From: an uncultured Eubacteriales bacterium | GTDB lineage: Bacteria; Actinomycetota; Coriobacteriia; Anaerosomatales; PHET01 | Assembly (NCBI GenBank): GCA_964492775.1 | Contig: CAZBLH010000002.1 | Location: 62,615-126,614 of the forward strand | Direction: 5' to 3' | Length of the DNA: 64,000 nt | Program-made: the position numbers and the translations under genes | Shown: positions 8,223 to 14,753 of the stretch, one piece after another | How positions within the stretch are numbered: the first letter of the stretch is position 1 | How the letters are laid out: every line of letters starts with the position of its first letter | The notes under the pieces: model-generated | What the model was told of the DNA's origin: nothing | Database searches by the model: none | Seen by the model: the letters and a program-made list of their open reading frames with translations, nothing else

Positions 8223-9569
8223 ATGCTGCTTACTGCCAGATACGTGCTTCCCGTCGCCGCACCTCACATCGAGTACGGAGCAGTCCTTGTGAGAGGCGAC
8301 CGCATCGTCGAGATCGGCGACTTTGAACACCTGCGCGCCAAGCACCCCGACGAGGAGGTGCGCGACTTCGGTCTGGCCGCGATCATGCCCGGCTTCATCG
8401 ACCTGCACACGCACCTTGAGTACACGACTATGCGTGGGCTCGTCGACGACGTGCCCTACTCACGCTGGAAGTATCAGTTGTTGCAGAAGGAGCGCCTGTA
8501 CTCGCCCGAGGACTGGGACGACTCGGCGATGCTCGGCGCGCTCGAGGTCCTGCAGTCCGGCATCACGACGATCGCTGACATCACCGAGACCGGCGCCTCG
8601 GCCCGGGCCGCGAACCGTGCGGGCCTGCGATCGGTCATCTACCGCGAAGTCCTGACTATGGACCGGCATGAGGTTCCGGGCGTGATGCAGGCGGCGGCGA
8701 CCGACATCGAGGATTGGCGCTCGGAGGCCGACGGTGAGCGCACTCGGTTCGGAATTGCGCCTCATGCTCCGTACTCATGCCACCCGGAGCTGTTCCAGAA
8801 GGTTGCCGAGTATGCCGCCGACGGCACCCCGGTCGCGATGCATCTGGCCGGCAGCCGCGAAGAGTACCAGTTCGTGAAGTACGGCTCCTCCATGCTCGCG
8901 ATCGACGTTCGCGACATATACGACGCTCAGGCGCCCCTGTGGCTGCCGACGGGAGTGAGCCCGGTCCGCTACGTCCTGCAGTGGGGCTTGTTCGACGTGC
9001 CGAACGTGATGGCGGTGCACTGCACGCAGATCGATGGGGACGACATCGAGATCCTGGCGTCACGGGACGTCTCGGTTGCGCACTGCCCGCGCTGCAACGC
9101 GAAACTGGGAATGGGAATGGCGCCAGTGGCTGCGTTGCTCGGCGCCAAGGTGCGGGTCGGTTTGGGAACCGACTCCCCGGCAGCATCGAACTCGACCGAC
9201 ATGTTCGAGGAGATGCGCATCGGGCTGCTGCTTCAGCGTGCCGCGTGCGGCGAGGGTCGCTTCACCCCCGCTCGCGAGTTCGTGAAGATGGCCACTCTGG
9301 ATGCGGCGCGTGCCCTGCGCCTGGAAAGGGAGATAGGATCGATCGAGCCTGGCAAGCGGGCTGACCTCATCGCAGTCGACCTCTCGGAGCCGCACCAGCT
9401 GCCCACGCACAACCCCTATGGGACACTCGTTCACACCGCAAGCCAGGAGAATGTCTTGTGGACGATGGTCGGAGGCAAGGTGCGCTATGAGGCACACCAG
9501 TGGCCACAAGTGGATCACGAGCGGGTGTTTGCGCGGGCCGAGGAGATGCGCAGCAAGCTCAGCGCCTAA
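8223..9569 (+). CDS. Amidohydrolase-superfamily deaminase (MtaD / aminodeoxyfutalosine-deaminase-like)
   Basis: The metal-binding motif is PGFIDLHTHLEY, with later HLAGS, AVHCT and GLGTDS motifs typical of the MTA/SAH/guanine-deaminase clade. Adjacency to menG suggests a futalosine-pathway role, which is inference. Confidence 0.6.
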   Translation: MLLTARYVLPVAAPHIEYGAVLVRGDRIVEIGDFEHLRAKHPDEEVRDFGLAAIMPGFIDLHTHLEYTTMRGLVDDVPYSRWKYQLLQKERLYSPEDWDDSAMLGALEVLQSGITTIADITETGASARAANRAGLRSVIYREVLTMDRHEVPGVMQAAATDIEDWRSEADGERTRFGIAPHAPYSCHPELFQKVAEYAADGTPVAMHLAGSREEYQFVKYGSSMLAIDVRDIYDAQAPLWLPTGVSPVRYVLQWGLFDVPNVMAVHCTQIDGDDIEILASRDVSVAHCPRCNAKLGMGMAPVAALLGAKVRVGLGTDSPAASNSTDMFEEMRIGLLLQRAACGEGRFTPAREFVKMATLDAARALRLEREIGSIEPGKRADLIAVDLSEPHQLPTHNPYGTLVHTASQENVLWTMVGGKVRYEAHQWPQVDHERVFARAEEMRSKLSA

Positions 9570-9709
9570 CCTATCTTCAGGTTTGTCCTCCGTTGGCGTG
9601 GTCGTTGCTTCATTACACGCGATGACCCCGACACGGGGTGTTTGATGTTGCAAGTGAGTCTGTATGCCGTTTCGGGGGAAGCCCCGTCCGACTTGGGAGG
9701 TTACCTCAC

Positions 9710-10099
9710 GTGAGTGACCAGGATTTCTTCTTCGACGATGAAGAGCAGGTAGTGGCCGAGAAGGACAAGGCTCCTGCCAAGAAGGGTGCGCAGGCGAAGA
9801 GTGTGCCGGCGAAGAGCGCTCCCGCCCAGAGTGCACCTGCCACAGTGCAGACCGTCACGCTCTCGATGGCCGTGCTCATCGGCGTCATCGGCCTGCTGGC
9901 CGGCTTCATCATCGGAGTGATCGTGCCGGTCGGCGGCGCCTCGACTCCAGCTCCGACCCCCACCACGCCGGTGACCACCGGTGGAAGCATGGGCGGCGCC
10001 CCGCAGCTCAGCGAGGAGCAGCTCACCAACGGACAGCTGCCTGAGGGTCATCCTGACATCGAGGCGATGGGTGGCAGCGAGGCCACGACGACTCCGTAG
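9710..10099 (+). CDS. Small single-pass membrane protein, unknown function
   Basis: This lies in ORF 9638..10099. I prefer the GTG at 9710 because of the GGGAGG RBS 8 nt upstream. It has an acidic/Lys-Ala-rich N-tail, a TM helix (MAVLIGVIGLLAGFIIGVIV), a Pro/Thr linker and a C-terminal LPEGHPDIEAMGG. Confidence 0.45.
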   Translation: MSDQDFFFDDEEQVVAEKDKAPAKKGAQAKSVPAKSAPAQSAPATVQTVTLSMAVLIGVIGLLAGFIIGVIVPVGGASTPAPTPTTPVTTGGSMGGAPQLSEEQLTNGQLPEGHPDIEAMGGSEATTTP

Positions 10100-10166
10100 G
10101 CGGACTCGCCCTGGACTGCGGCCCATCTTGGAGCCGGACGCGGCGGTGCTTGGAAAGGCGACCTGA

Positions 10167-10817
10167 GTGGCGATCAACAAAGCGAAGACCTCAACCGGCA
10201 CCAAGGCGGTGCTCATCTTCCTGATCGTGGCATTCGTCACGAGCTTCGTGAGCATCGGCTCGGGGCTGCTCAGCGGGGGAACGGGCGGCAACCAGACCCC
10301 AACGTCAGGGACGGACCCTCTGGCCTCGATTGACGCGCGACATCAGCCGACGGTCTCGTCGCTCACGAGCCAGCTGCAGAGCGACCCCAACAACTACGAG
10401 TTGCTGGTTCAGCTCGGCAACACGTACTTTGACTGGGCCTCGGAGCTGCAGCAGGCCTCACAGGCGACCACGTCAACCGCCGGTGCGGATGGTCCGGTCT
10501 GGGTGGCTGCCAAGGACGCATACAGCCGAGCGCTCGCAGTACGTGACGACGAGCCTGGCGTGAACATCGACTACGCGATTGCGCTGTTCTACTCCGGAGA
10601 GACGGACCGTGCCATTGAGGTCGCGTCCAGCGTGGCTGAGACAACGCCCGATTTCGCCCCTGCCTGGTTCAACCTGGGCATCTTCAGCGAGGCTGTCGGG
10701 CGCTCGGCGGATGCTCTGACCGCGTTCAAGAAGGCGGTCGAGCTCGACCCCAACGGATCGCAGGTCAACATCGGGTACGCCAAGGAGCGCGTGACCCAGC
10801 TCGAGGCCGCGAACTGA
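10167..10817 (+). CDS. Membrane-anchored TPR-repeat protein
   Basis: It has an N-terminal TM helix (AVLIFLIVAFVTSFVSIGSGLL) and then 3-4 TPR-like repeats (NNYELLVQLGNTYFDWA; AKDAYSRALAVRDDEP; APAWFNLGIFSEAVGRSADALTAFKKAVELDP). Confidence 0.65.
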   Translation: MAINKAKTSTGTKAVLIFLIVAFVTSFVSIGSGLLSGGTGGNQTPTSGTDPLASIDARHQPTVSSLTSQLQSDPNNYELLVQLGNTYFDWASELQQASQATTSTAGADGPVWVAAKDAYSRALAVRDDEPGVNIDYAIALFYSGETDRAIEVASSVAETTPDFAPAWFNLGIFSEAVGRSADALTAFKKAVELDPNGSQVNIGYAKERVTQLEAAN

Positions 10818-10876
10818 TCGAGGCGAGGGAGCCGCAGCGTCCATGACGCTGCGCTTGAAGATCTTCACGAGGAAAC

Positions 10877-10905
10877 GAACGGCATGCCCCAAGGGCATGC
10901 CGTTC
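10877..10905. terminator. Stem-loop terminator between convergent genes
   Basis: A perfect 13-bp stem, GAACGGCATGCCC-caa-GGGCATGCCGTTC, is followed by TTCGTCTTC. A second hairpin, CGCAGCGTC-cat-GACGCTGCG, lies at 10833-10853. Confidence 0.55.
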
Positions 10906-10933
10906 TTCGTCTTCGGCGATGCTTGAAGCAGGT

Positions 10934-11275
10934 CTATCCTGCGATGATCTGCTTCGCCTCTTCGATGCTGACCGCGGTCGAGAAGATGCCGTTGAGCCGG
11001 GTGAGCGAGAGGATGTTGTCGACGGTCTCGTTGGTGACGAGCACCAGTTTGCCGCCGGTGACGCCGTACTCCTTCGACAGCGAGAGCAGCAGCCCAAGAC
11101 CTGAGCTGTCGAGGTACTCGAGCCCCGAGAGGTCGACGATTACTGCGGGCGGCTCAGACTTCAGGATGTTGTCGATGCTCACGCGGAGCGCGCTGCATTC
11201 CCCGTAGTCCAGGTCGCCGAGCAGCTCCAGGAGCCAGAACTCGTTGCGCTGATCCAGATTGATTGTGAGAGCCAT
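10934..11275 (-). CDS. STAS-domain anti-sigma-factor antagonist (SpoIIAA/RsbV-like)
   Basis: It is 113 aa with the pattern LELLGDLDY...AVIVDLSGLEYLDSSGLGLLLSL...LVLV...L.LTRL, and the phosphorylatable Ser context DSSGLG is conserved. Confidence 0.8.
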   Translation of the reverse strand: MALTINLDQRNEFWLLELLGDLDYGECSALRVSIDNILKSEPPAVIVDLSGLEYLDSSGLGLLLSLSKEYGVTGGKLVLVTNETVDNILSLTRLNGIFSTAVSIEEAKQIIAG

Positions 11276-11410
11276 AGCATCCTTCCTTCGATGCGCGTTT
11301 ACGACAATGGTACCCTTTCGCGGGCATCTCGACGCTGCCGCTCTAGGATGAACCGCGCAAGGGCGTTACAATCGGTTGCACTGTTTCAGAGCGACCAAGG
11401 GGCCGATCAC

Positions 11411-11746
11411 ATGGAACTGGGTATCACGACCGACCGCGACGGAGACGTCTGCTCCATGACGCTCGTAGGCGAAGTCGATGTCTACACGGCGCCGAGGCTC
11501 AAGGAAGAGCTCATCTCAGCGGTGCAGTCCGGCTGCTCGAACGTGATCGTCAACATGGAGGAGGTCGGGTTCATCGACAGCTCCGGGCTAGGCGTTCTCG
11601 TAAGCGCGCTTCGCCGCGCACGCGAGCGCGACGGTGTCGTGCGCATCGTCTGCACGCGCGACAACATCCTGAAGATCTTCAGGATAACCGGGCTCGACAA
11701 GGTCTTCCCGATCTTCGCCGATGCGGAGGAAGCGAGCAGGTTCTAG
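11411..11746 (+). CDS. STAS-domain anti-sigma-factor antagonist (second copy, divergent)
   Basis: This lies in ORF 11291..11746, and I prefer the ATG at 11411 (MELGITTDRDG). The pattern is TLVGEVDVYTAPRLKEEL...VIVNMEEVGFIDSSGLGVLVSALRRA...ILKIFRITGLDKVF. Confidence 0.8.
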   Translation: MELGITTDRDGDVCSMTLVGEVDVYTAPRLKEELISAVQSGCSNVIVNMEEVGFIDSSGLGVLVSALRRARERDGVVRIVCTRDNILKIFRITGLDKVFPIFADAEEASRF

Positions 11747-11816
11747 ACTATCTGCCGAGAATTCCGTGCTTTGCCAGTAGAGTAGGTTCTCTGCAAGTAG
11801 CGACCCGAATGAGAGT

Positions 11817-12236
11817 GTGACTGTGTTTGGTATCAGTGGCTTCGAGCTGCTCATAATTGTCGCCTTCATCCTCGTCATATTCGGTCCCGAGCGGCTTCCT
11901 GAGATCGCGCGCTCCGCTGGAAAGGCGCTGCGCGCGTTCAAGACCGCCCAGGAAGACATGGAGCGTCTCATCAAGCTTGAGATGCTGACCGGCGACCGTA
12001 AGCCCGCGGCGCCCGCGGGCCCCACGCCTGCCGAGCGTGCGGCTGCAGGCGTTGCGAAGCAGCAGGCGGCCAAAGCCGCGGCGGCTGCGAGCGGGTCGGC
12101 TGCGATACCGGCCACACCGGCGGTCGCTCCCGAGGAGGAAGTCGACATCGCCGAGCAGAGGGCCCAAGCGCAGGCAGCTGAGAGCGTGTGGGATATGACG
12201 AGTGACGACGGTGACGATGAGGAGGATGAGGAGTAG
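11817..12236 (+). CDS. tatA: Twin-arginine translocase TatA/TatB-family protein
   Basis: FGISGFELLIIVAFILVIFGPERLPEIARSAGKALRAFK is the canonical TatA/B N-terminus. A long Ala-rich and acidic tail makes a TatB-like role possible. Confidence 0.85.
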   Translation: MTVFGISGFELLIIVAFILVIFGPERLPEIARSAGKALRAFKTAQEDMERLIKLEMLTGDRKPAAPAGPTPAERAAAGVAKQQAAKAAAAASGSAAIPATPAVAPEEEVDIAEQRAQAQAAESVWDMTSDDGDDEEDEE

Positions 12237-12250
12237 CTTCCTCGCAAATC

Positions 12251-13024
12251 ATGCCGATTGGACCTAAGAGACTCCCGTTCTTCCAGCACCTTGCCGAGCT
12301 TCGGCAACGCTTGGTGATCATTCTCATCACGCTTTCGGTGGGCGCGTCAGTCCTGTACATGGAACGGTTCTTCGAGCCCATCCTGAAGTTCGTGCTCGCT
12401 CCGATCGCCGACCTCTTGCCACCCGAGGGCCTGCTGTACTTCGGTCCGTTCGAGGCATTCACGTTCCGGTTCAAGGTCTCGCTCTTCGCCGCGATCGTGA
12501 TCTTCAGCCCGATCATCATCTGGCAGATACTCGCGTTCTTCCTGCCCGCACTCAAGGAGAAGGAACAGAAGTGGGTCATTCCCACCTTCTTCGTCGCGGT
12601 TGCGCTGTTCCTGGGTGGTGCGGCATTCGCCTACAAGATCGTCATGCAGCCCGCGTTCGAGTTCATGTTCGCCCAAGCGGGGGAGATGACTACGATCTTC
12701 CCCAGTGCTGACCGCTTCTTGACGGGCATCTTGTTGCTGCTGGTCGGATTCGGCGTCGCGTTCGAGATACCGATCGTGGTGTTCTATGCGATCGGGTTCG
12801 GCCTCATCCCATACGCGAAGCTGCGCGAGAACTGGCGGTTCGTGTACTCAGGCCTCGCCGTCGTCGCCGCGATCGCCACGCCTGACTGGTCGCCCGTCAC
12901 GATGGGCATGCTGATGGGCGCTCTCGCAGGTCTGTACGAAGGAAGCCTGCTGCTCTCCAGAATCGTGTTCTCCCAGCGCATCAAGGCGCAGCAGGAGGAG
13001 TCCATCGCACAGGCGAGCGCGTAG
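12251..13024 (+). CDS. tatC: Twin-arginine translocase subunit TatC
   Basis: It has 6 predicted TM helices, the N-terminal motif FFQHLAELRQRL, and FFLPALKEKE. Confidence 0.9.
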   Translation: MPIGPKRLPFFQHLAELRQRLVIILITLSVGASVLYMERFFEPILKFVLAPIADLLPPEGLLYFGPFEAFTFRFKVSLFAAIVIFSPIIIWQILAFFLPALKEKEQKWVIPTFFVAVALFLGGAAFAYKIVMQPAFEFMFAQAGEMTTIFPSADRFLTGILLLLVGFGVAFEIPIVVFYAIGFGLIPYAKLRENWRFVYSGLAVVAAIATPDWSPVTMGMLMGALAGLYEGSLLLSRIVFSQRIKAQQEESIAQASA

Positions 13025-13042
13025 AGATCCCAGGAGTGTGCG

Positions 13043-13387
13043 ATGCACGAGATGGGAATAGCGCAGGGCATTCTCGATGCTGCAGTCGATGCCGCCAACG
13101 ACGACGGCGGTCGTCCCATAACCGAAATACACGTGAGCGTCGGCGAACTCACAATGATTGTGGAGTTCGCGCTCAGATTCGCGTTCGATTCGCTGCGCGA
13201 AGGCACGCTGGCCGAGGGCGCCGAGCTCGTGGTGAACGCAGTCCCGGCGCGCTCGCGATGTGACGAATGCGGCCACGAGTACACCCATGACCGATTCCAG
13301 ATGCTCTGCCCGGCGTGCGGGTCACTCGCTGTGACGCTGCTCGCCGGCAAGGAGCTACAGATCGACTACATCGAGACGGAGGACTGA
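13043..13387 (+). CDS. hypA: Hydrogenase nickel-insertion protein HypA
   Basis: It starts MHEMGIAQGILD and has the zinc ribbon CDECGHEY...CPACGS. It is 114 aa and has an AGGAG RBS. Confidence 0.9.
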   Translation: MHEMGIAQGILDAAVDAANDDGGRPITEIHVSVGELTMIVEFALRFAFDSLREGTLAEGAELVVNAVPARSRCDECGHEYTHDRFQMLCPACGSLAVTLLAGKELQIDYIETED

Positions 13388-13390
13388 GCG

Positions 13391-14071
13391 ATGGCGAAGA
13401 TCGGCCTCGAGAAGCCCATCTTGGATCGCAACGACAAGATCGCCGAGCAGAACCGGGCTACCTTCGATTCCGCGGGGGTGTTCGTCCTCGATCTGATGGC
13501 CTCGCCTGGAGCGGGCAAGACGTCGACGATTCTCGCGACCATCGAGGCGCTTCGGGACCGGTACAACATCGCAGTGATCGAGGGCGACGTCGCCTCCAAG
13601 GTAGATGCCGAGAAGATCAAGGCGCGCGGCATACCTGCAGTACAGATCAACACTGGTGGCATCTGTCACCTGGAAGCCGACGTGATCTCGCGTGCAGTCA
13701 GCGAACTGGATCTCGCGGAGTTGGACCTGATCATCATCGAGAACGTCGGCAATCTCGTTTGTCCTGCCGAGTTCTACCTCGGCGAACACGCCAAAGTGAT
13801 GATCCTCTCGGTGCCCGAGGGCCATGACAAGCCGTACAAGTACCCGGATATGTTCCAGATCACGGAGGCTGTGATCTTGAACAAGGTCGACACGATGCCC
13901 GTCTTCAACTTCGACGGAGCCGAGTTCCGCTCGGTCGTTGGCCAGCTGAACCCGAAGGCACCCATCTTCCCGATCTCAGCGACGACAGGGGAGGGCGTGG
14001 GGGCGTGGGCCGCATGGATCGCCGAGCGTGTCGAGGAGGTCCGGGCGGCGGCGGGCAAGGAGCAGCGATGA
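13391..14071 (+). CDS. hypB: Hydrogenase nickel-incorporation GTPase HypB
   Basis: The P-loop is SPGAGKTST, followed by ENVGNLVCPA and LNKVD motifs. Confidence 0.9.
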   Translation: MAKIGLEKPILDRNDKIAEQNRATFDSAGVFVLDLMASPGAGKTSTILATIEALRDRYNIAVIEGDVASKVDAEKIKARGIPAVQINTGGICHLEADVISRAVSELDLAELDLIIIENVGNLVCPAEFYLGEHAKVMILSVPEGHDKPYKYPDMFQITEAVILNKVDTMPVFNFDGAEFRSVVGQLNPKAPIFPISATTGEGVGAWAAWIAERVEEVRAAAGKEQR

Positions 14072-14622
14072 TCTCTCGCGACGAGGCCTTCGCGCTCGTC
14101 ACCGAGCGCATCCCTCAGGCGAACCTACTCTCGCACTGCGTCGCCACTGAGATCATCATGGAGGCGCTCGCCGAGCGGCTCGGCCTGGGCTCGGAGGATG
14201 TGGAGCGCTGGGCACTCACAGGCCTGCTGCACGATCTCGACTATGCCGAGACGGGCGATGACCCCGAGCGCCACGGCCTGATCACTGTCGAGCTGCTCGA
14301 AGGCGTGCTCGATGACGAGATGCTCCACGCCATCCTTGCGCACGCCGGCAAGGCGCCGCGTGAGACGCAGATGGACCACGCGCTCTGGTGCGCCGATCCC
14401 ACCACCGGGTTCATTGTGGCCACCGCACTCGTGCGTCCCGACCGCTCACTCGAAGGTGTCGAAGTCAAGAGCCTGAAGAAGCGCTGGAAGGAGAAGGCCT
14501 TCGCCCGCGGTGCGAACCGCGAGCAAATGGCCGGGCATGAGGCTCTTGGGCTGGAGCGTGAGGAGTTCCTCGCGCTTGCGCTCGACGCGATGAAGGCCCG
14601 CCACGCCGAGGTCGGACTCTAG
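14068..14622 (+). CDS. HD-domain phosphohydrolase
   Basis: The ATG at 14068 overlaps the hypB stop (ATGA). It has H...LLHDLDY (the HD motif) and a later HA...H. Confidence 0.65.
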   Translation: MISRDEAFALVTERIPQANLLSHCVATEIIMEALAERLGLGSEDVERWALTGLLHDLDYAETGDDPERHGLITVELLEGVLDDEMLHAILAHAGKAPRETQMDHALWCADPTTGFIVATALVRPDRSLEGVEVKSLKKRWKEKAFARGANREQMAGHEALGLEREEFLALALDAMKARHAEVGL

Positions 14623-14696
14623 CCGACGCGCGTCTCCGCACCGCCCCGCTCAAGGCATCCTCGGCGCGTCCCTCGCTGCAACCCAAACACCATCGG

Positions 14697-14725
14697 TTGA
14701 CGCCGTGTGTATACTCGGCTGCAAT
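14697..14725 (+). promoter_or_regulatory. Candidate promoter of the topoisomerase gene
   Basis: TTGACG (14697-14702), a 17-nt spacer, then TGCAAT (14720-14725). An alternative -10 is TATACT at 14710-14715. Downstream are GGAGG (14741-14745) and the TTG at 14754. Confidence 0.35.
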
Positions 14726-14753
14726 CATTCCGCGTGCCAGGAGGTCGCGTCAG

